IMG/VR virus record: IMGVR_UViG_3300045971_000577
Coordinates: 124,001-188,000 of that record
DNA length: 64,000 nucleotides
Direction: 5' to 3' (one strand)
Part shown: positions 26,938 to 36,616 of the stretch, piece by piece
Layout: every line of letters starts with the position of its first letter
How positions within the stretch are numbered: the first letter of the stretch is position 1
Made by a program: the position numbers and the translations under genes
Notes under the pieces: generated by a model
What the model saw: only the letters and a program-made list of their open reading frames with translations
Told to the model about the DNA's origin: nothing
Database searches by the model: none

Positions 26938-28697
26938 TAGTCTCTCCTAAACTCGGTTAGCCAACTCAATGTTTTTGGGTACTTAGCCTTTTGCGCCAGC
27001 TCGTCGGTCGTAATCTCGAATGGAGATAATGCCATCTGATCCATCTCCTCCTCCGGGACTTCTCCGTCCAACGGGCCTTCGGTGGGGGCAGCCCGGGACC
27101 GCGGCGCCGCCGAATCGGCTTCAGGGGCTTGTGATACCATTCTTTCTTGGACTTTTTCTTCATTTACTCGTTGAGGTGTAAAATGTGCGTCGCCTACTAA
27201 TTCTCGATATACGTTTGCTTGGTGGGCCCACGGTATTACCACTGGTCCTCCGGAAGGAATCTCCAGCGGTATGGCGGTAGTGGCGGAATCGGATCTACTA
27301 ATTTGTGGAACATCGGCAGTTGCTTCCATCGCTGTGTCAGGATCTTGGATAACCTGAGTCGGTGCTGGTTGCCGTACCCCGGCGTAACTCTTCCCGCGTA
27401 GAAGCCACGACGCCATAATTGCCTTTTCTTCCTCACTTATTCCCACCTCTTCGGTCTCGTCGATACTTTGAACATTTTCTTCATCGGTATCTTCGCCAAC
27501 TTCCATTCTAGCAAGCACGAATCCAGCAATCGGCGCTTCAGGTTCTGACGAAAGTACACTCGCTTCTTTTTCACTTAGTATCTCAATTTTCTCACTTTGT
27601 TCGGTGTCTTGTATCTGACCCAGCCGAATCTGCGTGCCACCATCATCCACCGCGGCATCTTCTTGGGTCGATTCTTGCAAAGACCAAGTCTCCCAAACGC
27701 TTTCCTTATCTTTCTTTGTTTCATCTACTCTTTCTAAATCCACCAAAGAAGGCGGTGCGTATAGGGCGGCTTTCTCATCTGCTGTAACTGACGTGATACT
27801 CTGCGGAAGATGCCGGCACGCTGGTGACACCCATGGCGTGTCAGTTATACCCTCAACTCCTCGATCCTTTGTCTGCTCATCTTCCTCGGGTTCGAGAGGA
27901 ATTTTTGGTGATGCATCTCTCTTCGTATCGTCTTGCTTTTTCTTTTTTTCATTTTGGATACGAAGAATGGTGAAGTTAGCCGCAATCAGCAGTGTAATGG
28001 CCAATGGATCTAAAGTCGAGACAATAATCAGTGTGAATATGCGTACAGCCGACTCTAATGATTTATTGTCGCTCTTTTCCGAGCCGTAAAACAATTCTGC
28101 GATGTATCTTATAGGTCCAACCTCGAGTTGAAGCTTGCGTAAATCGGATTCTAGCTTGAATTTTTCATCATTTATCGCTTCTATGCGCTTTTGAGCTTCA
28201 TCGGAGTCATTTTTTAGCTGTTTTCTTTGTGAAAGTTGGCTTTTTCTGACAGAAAGTGCTCTATCTGCACGGTCTTTTCCAAGAAAACTATTAACTGTGG
28301 CGTCAAGTTGCAGTATAACCCCATCATTATCGGCAATTATCGACTTTTCTCGTAAGATTTGTTCTTCCATACGGACAATTTTAGAGGAATTGTCCATAGT
28401 TGAAGCACCTTGCTCTAAGTGTGCCTTAGATAAGAAGCCAAAAACTCCCAAACTTGTGGAAAGCATAAGTGCAAGCGTGAAATAGACAAGAGGGCCCCTT
28501 AGGCCCCATCCCGCTTCTTTCCAATTTCGGTATAACCAACTTGTTGTTACCAGCTTACCGGCTTCTAAAGTTATACCCAGCACTAATGCTGCTATAGGTT
28601 GTCCAGCCAAAATAGCCATCAAACCAATAATTGAGAACCATCCAGCGACAGCAGCCAATAGTAAGGCTGCCAATAATGTTAGCAGAGCGAATATCAT
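26937..28697 (-). CDS. multi-TM coiled-coil membrane protein with acidic tail
   Basis: N-terminal TM helices, FGFLSKAH, coiled coil, EVGPIRYIA, TM helix, disordered tail. Confidence 0.65.
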   Translation of the reverse strand: MIFALLTLLAALLLAAVAGWFSIIGLMAILAGQPIAALVLGITLEAGKLVTTSWLYRNWKEAGWGLRGPLVYFTLALMLSTSLGVFGFLSKAHLEQGASTMDNSSKIVRMEEQILREKSIIADNDGVILQLDATVNSFLGKDRADRALSVRKSQLSQRKQLKNDSDEAQKRIEAINDEKFKLESDLRKLQLEVGPIRYIAELFYGSEKSDNKSLESAVRIFTLIIVSTLDPLAITLLIAANFTILRIQNEKKKKQDDTKRDASPKIPLEPEEDEQTKDRGVEGITDTPWVSPACRHLPQSITSVTADEKAALYAPPSLVDLERVDETKKDKESVWETWSLQESTQEDAAVDDGGTQIRLGQIQDTEQSEKIEILSEKEASVLSSEPEAPIAGFVLARMEVGEDTDEENVQSIDETEEVGISEEEKAIMASWLLRGKSYAGVRQPAPTQVIQDPDTAMEATADVPQISRSDSATTAIPLEIPSGGPVVIPWAHQANVYRELVGDAHFTPQRVNEEKVQERMVSQAPEADSAAPRSRAAPTEGPLDGEVPEEEMDQMALSPFEITTDELAQKAKYPKTLSWLTEFRRD

Positions 28698-28763
28698 CTA
28701 ATATTTATCGTGATTTTTTGTGTGATATGTTAGCTTTAGTATGATAAAAAATCTGTGATAGCA

Positions 28764-29057
28764 TTATGATATATTATCCATATTGAATCGTACCACCTTG
28801 TCAAAGGACCAACCATATGGTAATAGTTCCTTATCTACCCGTTCTCTTAGTTCGGATATCGATATAGCCGAGTTCCACGGCTTAGGGGCCGAAGGATTTG
28901 CAGATTCATGTTCGCGCAATAGTTCGTCGTACACGCGAGCATGTATATCTTCGGCTTCCTCCCTTGTCAGCCCTTGTAACTTTTTGAAAGTAGCTTCTTC
29001 AGTCACGATAAAACACACTTCTCGACTTCGGAGTTTCCCACCAATCAATATGGTCAA
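28764..29057 (-). CDS. hypothetical protein
   Basis: ORF with TEEATFKKLQG; start uncertain. Confidence 0.45.
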   Translation of the reverse strand: MTILIGGKLRSREVCFIVTEEATFKKLQGLTREEAEDIHARVYDELLREHESANPSAPKPWNSAISISELRERVDKELLPYGWSFDKVVRFNMDNIS

Positions 29058-29550
29058 CCTTTACGTTTAGTTCACGCATCTTTACGTCAACCAATTCTGC
29101 CATCCATTCACTAAGCTTCTCACTTGTAGGAACAAATGTAACGATAAGAAATCCATCGTAGTATTCATACTCCGGGCTATCTGGCTGAAGATCGTCTAGA
29201 TCTAGCTTGTATCCAGCTACAAAATTTGTATCAGGCACATAGACAGGAATACGGGCTCGCGAATAACCTACCATTTGATCGTATAATGGATCGCCTATGT
29301 CAAGGATAAACTGGTGATCAATATTTTCATTGATCCACTTCTTTAGCCACTCTAGGTGCCTAAAGTCAGTTACCATGCTTGTATTATCAAGTTTATCACC
29401 TGTTAGATACACTTGCATCTTACCTTCATGACCGTGTAGATGTCTGCAAGCACATTTCAGGTCAGCAGCGAACTTTCCGTTCAGCTTCTGTGTCCATACT
29501 CTGTGTCCATAGCAGAATTCAAATGTCTTATCGATTACCCATTTGCTCAT
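28999..29550 (-). CDS. queD: 6-carboxy-tetrahydropterin synthase (QueD / PTPS)
   Basis: FCYGHR, CRHLHGH, DF, DH, PTSE, ETP. Confidence 0.9.
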   Translation of the reverse strand: MSKWVIDKTFEFCYGHRVWTQKLNGKFAADLKCACRHLHGHEGKMQVYLTGDKLDNTSMVTDFRHLEWLKKWINENIDHQFILDIGDPLYDQMVGYSRARIPVYVPDTNFVAGYKLDLDDLQPDSPEYEYYDGFLIVTFVPTSEKLSEWMAELVDVKMRELNVKVDHIDWWETPKSRSVFYRD

Positions 29551-29705
29551 ACAAGCTCCTCGATAATACCGACCACTTCTGCAATGATAAGGAATGCACC
29601 GCAGAATGTAAATGCACCAAGCACAAGGCCTGTACCTGCAAGAATTCGCAATGCGCTCTTTACCAGGCTAATTCGAAGATGTAGTTTAGGATCAGGATGC
29701 TTCAT
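29547..29705 (-). CDS. small membrane protein (not in ORF track)
   Basis: MKHPDPKLHLRISLVKSALRILAG...IIAEVVGIIEELV between folE and queD. Confidence 0.55.
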   Translation of the reverse strand: MKHPDPKLHLRISLVKSALRILAGTGLVLGAFTFCGAFLIIAEVVGIIEELV

Positions 29706-29706
29706 A

Positions 29707-30390
29707 TTATTCCTTACCTACAGAAACAAGTCTCATGAATTCTGTTCTAACATTTGGATCAGACTTGAATACTCCACCGAGCTTACTTGTTACGGTGCTC
29801 GAACCTGTATCTTCAACACCACGACTCTTTACGCAGAAGTGTTGTGCAGTGATTACAACACCAATATTATCTGTTTCCAGAATGTATTGCAGTGCATGGT
29901 ACACTTGTTCGGTAAGTCTTTCTTGGATTTGTGGACGCTTGCTGAAATATTCCACGATACGATTGATCTTAGATAGACCAAGTACCTTTTGATTAGGAAT
30001 ATATGCAACTGTTGCAAGTCCGTCGATAATGACAAAGTGATGTTCGCAATTGGATTGTACGTTGACATTTCGTTCAACTACCATCTCGTCGTACTTCATT
30101 TTGTTATCTACCGCTGTGCATTTTGGAAATGCATCGTAGTCCAATCCCCAGAAGATTTCATTCACGTACATCTTAGCAACACGCTTTGGTGTTTCGATCA
30201 AACTGTCATCAGTTAGATCCAATCCCATAATGTGCATGATATCTGTGAAGTGCTTTTCGATCTCGGTAATCTGATCTTTACGATCTAGAAGTTTACCTTC
30301 ACGTACTGGAGTTTCTACTCCCATCTTTACTAGGTGGGCGTGAACTTGTTGACCCAATTCGGGGTCGCATTTTGTTTTATTGTATGACAT
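29707..30390 (-). CDS. folE: GTP cyclohydrolase I
   Basis: ETPKRVAKMY, CEHHF, GLSKINR, PQIQERLT, HFCV..RG. Confidence 0.96.
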   Translation of the reverse strand: MSYNKTKCDPELGQQVHAHLVKMGVETPVREGKLLDRKDQITEIEKHFTDIMHIMGLDLTDDSLIETPKRVAKMYVNEIFWGLDYDAFPKCTAVDNKMKYDEMVVERNVNVQSNCEHHFVIIDGLATVAYIPNQKVLGLSKINRIVEYFSKRPQIQERLTEQVYHALQYILETDNIGVVITAQHFCVKSRGVEDTGSSTVTSKLGGVFKSDPNVRTEFMRLVSVGKE

Positions 30391-30459
30391 GATAACCTTC
30401 CTTTGTGATGGTTTTGTTTTGATAGTTTGTAACCGTTGTGTTACAAAAGTATTTATCTG

Positions 30460-30786
30460 TTAGTAGATGTTGTGCTTTTGTTTTAGGTTATTAAACTCTT
30501 GGTTATATGTTGGCGAGAATAATTCCTTATTTAGGATTCTAACCAAATCCTGGAAGTCGTTTTTCAACACAAGTGTATCACTTCTGAGATTCATTAGTTC
30601 TACTGCCTGAAACTCGCTGGTCCTAATCAATCCCTTCAATATTCCGGGATTGGCCATATTGCCGCGTAGTTTTGATGCAACGCATTCCTGCTCAGTCAGC
30701 TCTTTTAGTTGTTCTACACTCAACGAACCGAAGAGTGTATCCAGAAGATCAATCTTCAGGAGTTGGTCATTTGTAAGTGTAATCAT
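30460..30786 (-). CDS. hypothetical protein
   Basis: ORF coupled to thyA. Confidence 0.55.
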   Translation of the reverse strand: MITLTNDQLLKIDLLDTLFGSLSVEQLKELTEQECVASKLRGNMANPGILKGLIRTSEFQAVELMNLRSDTLVLKNDFQDLVRILNKELFSPTYNQEFNNLKQKHNIY

Positions 30787-32258
30787 ACGGCCATCGGTGG
30801 TTTGTTGGTTACATCGGGATATGGGTCATATCCGATAAGCTCAATGTCTTCCCACTGCAAAGATAGTATATCTTCGAATGTAGGTAGTTCCTTCTTGATG
30901 TTTAGTGTAGGCAACTTACGTGGAGTGCGCTCCAACATCTGCTGTACCATATCCATTTGGTTCTGATAGATGTGTACGTCCCATCCCATGTATACCAAAT
31001 CGCCCGGCTCCATACCCAAGTGCTTCGCAAAGATATGATTCAGTAGGGCATAAGACGCGATGTTGAACGGTAAGCCATAAGGCACGTCGTTACTACGCAT
31101 TACGAAACAGGTGTTTAGTTTGCCCTTATTTAGGGTAAAATCGCCCTCTACACTGTGCATATGCATCATGTGGCAGGGCGGCAGTGCCATCTCATGTAAT
31201 TGTCCAGGATTCCATCCCGTTACCACGTGCCTGCGTCCGTACGGATCTTTCTTGATACCGTCAATCAGTTCTTTGATTTGATCTACCCCTAAATGCTCAG
31301 TAGTCTTTTCTGGAATAAAAATAGATGAATATAACAGTTGAGTTTTTAGATCAACCCACTGGCACGTTTTTTCACTATAATATCCTTTGCCGGCAATATC
31401 TTTATCTAATGAATATTTCTTCCAATTAGTTATTTTTTTATCCCATCCCGGCAATGTCTGTGCATCGATAACGAAGTTAGAAAATAATAACCATCGAGCA
31501 GACACATATATATTTTTTCTACCGTAGTTAGGATATGAATGATCTTTTTCATCATAACATCTCGATATCATTGCATCCCACATTGGGCGAAGTTTTTTCC
31601 ATAGTTCCGGGTACGCAGACTTTACGGTTATATCACCGGAACATGCTACACCTGCCACATTGGGGAAATATGGATCGTATATCTCACCTTTATCGATATT
31701 CTGCTTACGAACATTTGCTACATACCCGGTCTTATGAAACTTTACATCAAAAAATAACTTATTTCCATTACCCCTGATTTCTTTTGTTACGGTATATTGT
31801 CCACAAGAGTTTGATGTGAACTCTTTCCCGACATATCCATGAACATCTGAAGAAGTATCTATTATGATATCTTTTGTAAATGGTGTATCAATACCCGGAG
31901 GTATTTTTGCAAAACCATCAAAGTTTCTCCATTGATGCGAATAACCATATCCTAAACTTCCAGAAGGCAAATGGTTTAGGCTGCGCTTGTCCAGGAACTC
32001 ACGCGAGGTGTTTCCCTTCCAGATGTTGATGTTTTTAGCTTCTAAGAGCTTGGTCTGTGTTTCTCCACGTAGGAAAAACATAGTCTCTTCGAAAGCAATA
32101 CGCAAAGGTGTTTTGCGTGTAGTTTGGATGGGAAAGCCTTGCGCTAAATCCCAGCGTAGAAGTCTGCCAAATACAGCTCGAGAGCCAACACCTGTTCGGT
32201 CTGGTTTATCGACGCCATTTTCGACGACATCCTTTAAAAGTTCAATATAGTTTTGCAT
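30783..32258 (-). CDS. thyA: thymidylate synthase with an in-frame HNH-like insertion
   Basis: DRTGVG, GFP..TTRK, QWRNF, GVDQI, ALPPCH, RSND..GLPFN, HIY; ~208-aa insert. Confidence 0.92.
   Translation of the reverse strand: MQNYIELLKDVVENGVDKPDRTGVGSRAVFGRLLRWDLAQGFPIQTTRKTPLRIAFEETMFFLRGETQTKLLEAKNINIWKGNTSREFLDKRSLNHLPSGSLGYGYSHQWRNFDGFAKIPPGIDTPFTKDIIIDTSSDVHGYVGKEFTSNSCGQYTVTKEIRGNGNKLFFDVKFHKTGYVANVRKQNIDKGEIYDPYFPNVAGVACSGDITVKSAYPELWKKLRPMWDAMISRCYDEKDHSYPNYGRKNIYVSARWLLFSNFVIDAQTLPGWDKKITNWKKYSLDKDIAGKGYYSEKTCQWVDLKTQLLYSSIFIPEKTTEHLGVDQIKELIDGIKKDPYGRRHVVTGWNPGQLHEMALPPCHMMHMHSVEGDFTLNKGKLNTCFVMRSNDVPYGLPFNIASYALLNHIFAKHLGMEPGDLVYMGWDVHIYQNQMDMVQQMLERTPRKLPTLNIKKELPTFEDILSLQWEDIELIGYDPYPDVTNKPPMAV
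31290..31913 (-). mobile_element. HNH-type endonuclease domain inserted in thyA
   Basis: WDAMISRCY...YPNYG...RWLLFSNF...LDKD...YSEKTCQWV; more AT-rich than the flanks. Confidence 0.65.
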
Positions 32259-32308
32259 TACTCTTCGTCTCCCGCAATGCCGTATGATACGACATTAGGG
32301 CACGAAAG

Positions 32309-32572
32309 TCAAAGAGTATCAGCTAACTTCCTGACTATATATTCTTCTTCAGTAATATTGCCCATACAATCCTGATGATATGCTGCCATAAGCGTACTAT
32401 CCTGCGAATTTGCAGCATTATATGTATGCCCCCAATTTACATAATGGATATAATATGGCTTCCACCAAATCTTTACGTCATTTTCACACTTAACCGGAAT
32501 CCACGCGAACTTCTTCTCGTATTCACATTCGAATATAAGACCGGGATCATTTCTCCATGTCTTTTTTAACAT
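32309..32572 (-). CDS. hypothetical protein
   Basis: KKFAWIPV...IWWKPY; ends EEEYIVRKL. Confidence 0.55.
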   Translation of the reverse strand: MLKKTWRNDPGLIFECEYEKKFAWIPVKCENDVKIWWKPYYIHYVNWGHTYNAANSQDSTLMAAYHQDCMGNITEEEYIVRKLADTL

Positions 32573-32577
32573 TAGCT

Positions 32578-32597
32578 AAAACGGGGTCGAAACCCCG
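32578..32597 (-). terminator. intrinsic terminator
   Basis: CGGGG-TTTCGA-CCCCG-TTTT. Confidence 0.65.
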
Positions 32598-32603
32598 CCC
32601 AAG

Positions 32604-33149
32604 TTACTCCGTTTTTAGTGGAGGCAGTTTATAGAAATCGTGGTTTCCCACTTTCATCGTCTTCTTCAGTGTATTCCGCCAGGCTGGCTGACTCGTGAAG
32701 GGATTATGGAAGTGTGTTGCACCTAAAGTATTGTCTTCGACGTTTCCACCGAGTGCAGTAATAGCAACTATCGTCGCTACCTGGAACTGGTCAACCACCT
32801 GCTGGTTGATAGAACCGTCTCTATTTGTTACAGGTATTTCTTTACCCCGTCTATTGTTTTCACAGTACCACGAAAAGGCACATACAACATTCTTAGTGAT
32901 ACGGGAAATAGCTGTCTGTTGGACAACCCCGCACACTGTTTTCGGGAATCGCGGATCATTGGCGCGATTTAGGGTAACAGAAGCAACTGCAAACTGTCCT
33001 CTGATATCTTCATTTCGTGCTTCATAATAGATATTCTGTGCAAGGCAATAAACCTGCTCGGGATCTATAATGGTTGTATCTACTGGTAAACCAGCAATAC
33101 TAGCAGTCTGGAGAAGATATGCAAGCAAGATTTTTGCTGTTATCATCAT
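32604..33149 (-). CDS. cell wall hydrolase (SleB / Hydrolase_2)
   Basis: CLAQNIYYEARNE, VTLNR, FPKTVCGVV, FSW, GATHFH, GNHDFY. Confidence 0.9.
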   Translation of the reverse strand: MMITAKILLAYLLQTASIAGLPVDTTIIDPEQVYCLAQNIYYEARNEDIRGQFAVASVTLNRANDPRFPKTVCGVVQQTAISRITKNVVCAFSWYCENNRRGKEIPVTNRDGSINQQVVDQFQVATIVAITALGGNVEDNTLGATHFHNPFTSQPAWRNTLKKTMKVGNHDFYKLPPLKTE

Positions 33150-33213
33150 TTTTCTCCTAAATGGTCTCTGTTGAAACTACCAACAGGGAAATATTTAGCC
33201 TAATGGCTAAGCC

Positions 33214-33242
33214 ATTATATACAATGTGAACTCGTTTGTCAA
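33214..33242 (-). promoter_or_regulatory. sigma70-consensus promoter
   Basis: TTGACA-17-TATAAT, perfect match. Confidence 0.85.
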
Positions 33243-33277
33243 GTTCTGGATAAATAAGATAAAGGATAAGGGGTTAT

Positions 33278-34300
33278 ATGAAGCTTGATTTTATGAAAAT
33301 ATTAGAGAATATGGACATACAGGGGCCATCACCAATTGTTCCTTCTGTAGGCGATACCATTCGCACAGAAAAGACTCAAATGACCGGTAAAGTCGAGGGT
33401 GTGAGGGGCAACATGGTATTCTTTCGCGAAGGCGATGGACGCCTAATGAAAACTGACGTAAAGAATGTTTCTGTTGTTCAACCTATTGCAGACGAAGATG
33501 ATGACATGGTCTGCGAACTTTCCACAGACAAACTAACCAAATATAAGACTGCTGCGGCTGCCGACGCTCGTGCTGCTGATGCAACAGGTAATATAGCACA
33601 AGGAAATAAAAGATTCCACGGTATTGTGCAAGCAACCAAGAAGCAATTTGCCAACGATGCAAAGAAAACAACCAAAGAAGGTACAATGGGAGGCATCAAT
33701 CGTTGTGCACCTGCACAAGATGTTAGCTATGAGAAAATGCTTGACGAAATTATGAAGGAAGAAGAAATGAAGTTGAATGAACTAAGTGTCGGTAAAATGC
33801 AAGACTACGTCGACACAGCAAAATCCACTCAAGGATTTAGAAGTGGCCGTTCACTTGGCAAGATTGCTAAAACTACCGCTGTTGGTGTTCCTACAGCTAA
33901 AAGCAAGATCAATGCCAAAACTGGCAACAGAACAGGTTCTGCCCCGAAGTACGGACCTATTAGAGAGCAATCACTCGAAGAAAGACTAGCAACATTTGTC
34001 GATGAAGCATTTATGAATCCATGGCACGGTTATGTGCCCGGTGAGAAGGGTAAGGCAGACCCTAAACTATCTCCAGGCGGCAACCCAAACAATATTTCAC
34101 CAGATGCAGAAGCACCTGACAAGAAACTAGGCGCGCTCGCAAAGGCTCCAAAAACCTCTATGCAGGGCAAGGATGATGTAAGATTCAGTGAATTAGTTCA
34201 AGACACTATCGAAACTCATGGCATTAAGTGGGCATTCAACTTCTATGTCGTGAAACACGGACTTCCGCCAAGACAGTTTAGAATCTTTGCAGGTATATGA
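33278..34300 (+). CDS. late protein with ELS..K...Y...A repeats, possible head-internal protein
   Basis: GATAAATA at 33249; repeats ELSTDKLTKYKTAA and ELSVGKMQDYVDTA. Confidence 0.6.
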   Translation: MKLDFMKILENMDIQGPSPIVPSVGDTIRTEKTQMTGKVEGVRGNMVFFREGDGRLMKTDVKNVSVVQPIADEDDDMVCELSTDKLTKYKTAAAADARAADATGNIAQGNKRFHGIVQATKKQFANDAKKTTKEGTMGGINRCAPAQDVSYEKMLDEIMKEEEMKLNELSVGKMQDYVDTAKSTQGFRSGRSLGKIAKTTAVGVPTAKSKINAKTGNRTGSAPKYGPIREQSLEERLATFVDEAFMNPWHGYVPGEKGKADPKLSPGGNPNNISPDAEAPDKKLGALAKAPKTSMQGKDDVRFSELVQDTIETHGIKWAFNFYVVKHGLPPRQFRIFAGI

Positions 34301-34325
34301 AAAAGGGCCCCGAAGGGCCCTTTTT
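34300..34325. terminator. bidirectional intrinsic terminator
   Basis: AAAAAGGGCCC-CGAA-GGGCCCTTTTT between convergent genes. Confidence 0.9.
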
Positions 34326-34339
34326 GCTTATGTGCTGTC

Positions 34340-35728
34340 TTATCTGACAGCTTCTCTGGATTTGGCCCGAACCTTGACGAAATTGGTTTCGTTGTATGCC
34401 TTACCATCCTTGTAACGGGAAATCAAGTAGTCAACAGACGACGGTGCAGCACGGTAATCGAGCTGGTTAGTGCTGAACTTTCCATCACGGATATTAAGCA
34501 TCAAACGACCCTTCTTGCTCTTCTTCATGGAAGAAGTAATCGGATCCTTGTACACTTCGACCCATTTACCGTTGATGAAAGCAGCCGAGCACTTCATTGC
34601 AAATTCCAACGTGTCACGGTTGACCATTTGCAGCAACGCACCACCCTGACCGAACGCAACGTTGTCGGCACTGTAGCCATTCATATCCATCACAGTAAGG
34701 ATGGCACGGATCATTGCGTGATCAATACCGTCACCCTGGATGATGCGAACGTTGTTGAGTACCTTGTAACCCTTGGCATTCACGGTGTGGCCGTAATACT
34801 TGTCCAGGATCTTCAAGCAGTCATTTACTACTTGCACGGGATCGCCGCTGTCAGGACGAACAACAACTACCGCACCACTGGCCTTGACTTCGTCAATCAG
34901 TTCAGTACCCCACTTCTTGCAGGCTTCGTAGATGTCGTAACTGTCGCTCACGAAAGCAACCGGTTGACCGGGCTTACCGTAAATCTTCAGCATGTTACGA
35001 TAGGAAGCAACTTCGTTTTCACGACCCCAGCTGGTAACCGTACTGTGCTCCATAGCAGGGATACTGAAGCCACATACTTCGGCGTCGTAGTATTCCATTG
35101 CAGCCATGATGCCAGAAACGGTGTCAGTGCCCATGAAGTTGATAAGGTGAGCCATGCCACCTAGTGCAGCACTTTCCAAACTAGACACGCCGCGAGCACC
35201 AAAGTCATGCAACTTGAAGTCGATAAGCGAAGGATCGCCGTTCTTTTCCAGGAAGTGCAGGATAATTTGCTTGCTAACGTAGCTGTTGGATGCAACAGTG
35301 GTTGGATACCAAATTGCGCGGAGCAATGCAGTTTCCAGGAAGCTGGTCAACCAGTAGCAACGCGGATCGGTGTTGACAATCGAAACCAACACGTTCTTCA
35401 AGTACATAACGGAACCTTCGTCCACCGACTTGATTTCGACAGGCAGATGACCGCCGTGCGTGTTGACAATGTACATCCAGTCGTCGTAGTTGAACGGCTC
35501 GCCATGCACTTGCATGACCTTACGTGCTTGTTCTACCATTGCGGCAGTAACAGGAGTGGTCAGGTACTCACGGATGAATGCTTGCAGACCAAAGAAGACG
35601 AGCTGGTCATACTTTCCGCCGCGTGATTCGATGTAGGAATACACATATTCAGTACCGGGTGGATATTGGCAAAATTGTGAATATTTATATGAATCCGAAT
35701 TCAAAATTATATTGCGTGCAAATTTCAT
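34340..35728 (-). CDS. nadV: nicotinamide phosphoribosyltransferase
   Basis: DSYKYSQ, LHDFGARG, GTDT, PAMEHS, VSDSYD, RPDSGDP, IQGDG, GGALLQ. Confidence 0.95.
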   Translation of the reverse strand: MKFARNIILNSDSYKYSQFCQYPPGTEYVYSYIESRGGKYDQLVFFGLQAFIREYLTTPVTAAMVEQARKVMQVHGEPFNYDDWMYIVNTHGGHLPVEIKSVDEGSVMYLKNVLVSIVNTDPRCYWLTSFLETALLRAIWYPTTVASNSYVSKQIILHFLEKNGDPSLIDFKLHDFGARGVSSLESAALGGMAHLINFMGTDTVSGIMAAMEYYDAEVCGFSIPAMEHSTVTSWGRENEVASYRNMLKIYGKPGQPVAFVSDSYDIYEACKKWGTELIDEVKASGAVVVVRPDSGDPVQVVNDCLKILDKYYGHTVNAKGYKVLNNVRIIQGDGIDHAMIRAILTVMDMNGYSADNVAFGQGGALLQMVNRDTLEFAMKCSAAFINGKWVEVYKDPITSSMKKSKKGRLMLNIRDGKFSTNQLDYRAAPSSVDYLISRYKDGKAYNETNFVKVRAKSREAVR

Positions 35729-35771
35729 TTTGATAAACTCCTTATCAGTTAATGCCTAACTCTATGTCAGG
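35729..35771 (-). promoter_or_regulatory. two-hairpin leader motif (copy 1)
   Basis: CCTGAC-ATAGA-GTTAGG then TGATAA-GGAGT-TTATCA. Confidence 0.6.
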
Positions 35772-35780
35772 ACTTAGGTT

Positions 35781-36029
35781 CTATAACACTGCGGCCTTTA
35801 GTACAAGGGCAACCGCATCTTCCCTGGATATATGGAAGTCTCTCAACTCTCCATATCTGTCCTTTATTACCTTTGCTGTAGTTCCTTCTATTACATAAGC
35901 TCTATCAGCAATTTCAAAAAATCGTCTATGTCTGGGATTCTGTTCCAATGGTCGATGTATCACACATATTTTGGCCGGGGCCCTTTTGTGGAAATCTACC
36001 ATTGCATCAGAAAACTCCAGCACGATCAT
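35781..36029 (-). CDS. hypothetical protein
   Basis: ORF in operon. Confidence 0.5.
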   Translation of the reverse strand: MIVLEFSDAMVDFHKRAPAKICVIHRPLEQNPRHRRFFEIADRAYVIEGTTAKVIKDRYGELRDFHISREDAVALVLKAAVL

Positions 36030-36343
36030 TTGATTCCAAGCGCCTTCTTTTGATCTTCGGTTAAGGTTGCCATCAAATCTTCCTTTACCCTTGCAAGGCG
36101 CGCCTTTTCGGCCTCTTTCTTTCTCTCTTTTTCTTCAGCAAGTTTCCGTAGACGATCAGATTCTTTGTGATCGCGCCACCAGGCACCTACTTCGGGATCT
36201 CTCAGGATAATGGCTTCTACAGTGCCGTCATCAAGGGCTTCGAGCTCTCTCAAAAGGGTGCAATTGATTCTTGCCAACTTATCGTTTCTTTCTGTGTAGT
36301 CACGAATGACCCACGCATCATCTCTATCATCTCTGCAGGGCAT
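36026..36343 (-). CDS. hypothetical protein
   Basis: MPCRD...WW..H...D coiled-coil phage protein. Confidence 0.6.
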   Translation of the reverse strand: MPCRDDRDDAWVIRDYTERNDKLARINCTLLRELEALDDGTVEAIILRDPEVGAWWRDHKESDRLRKLAEEKERKKEAEKARLARVKEDLMATLTEDQKKALGIK

Positions 36344-36352
36344 ATAAACTCC

Positions 36353-36616
36353 TTATACGTCTTCCGGGTAATAATTTCTGTCGGGATTTACCTTTGGTAC
36401 TTCCCTACACATCTCACCACCGTATGCTAATACAAATGCCATAGCATCGGCTTCGTCTTCAAATTTTAGGTGAGAGGCAATATTGAGCACTGAAGAATCT
36501 GCCCACCCACCGCTGTAATATTCGGCACCTTCGTCAAATCCTTTCTCGTTGAGATCTTCAGCAAGCTTCAGCAAGCCTTGCCTAGTCAGCGTTGGGATTT
36601 TGACGAAGACAGTCAT
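36353..36616 (-). CDS. small protein, F..E.DA..F.L family
   Basis: LKFEDEADAMAFVLAYG. Confidence 0.55.
   Translation of the reverse strand: MTVFVKIPTLTRQGLLKLAEDLNEKGFDEGAEYYSGGWADSSVLNIASHLKFEDEADAMAFVLAYGGEMCREVPKVNPDRNYYPEDV

Noticed and set aside
26966-27440. GC-rich patch and alternative-frame ORFs in the membrane protein tail
   Set aside because: Explained by Pro/Ala/Arg-rich disordered coding sequence; no element boundaries.
31290-31913. Intein or group I intron in thyA
   Set aside because: No Cys/Ser start, no His-Asn followed by Cys/Ser/Thr, and the frame is continuous with no non-coding intron core; kept as an in-frame domain insertion.
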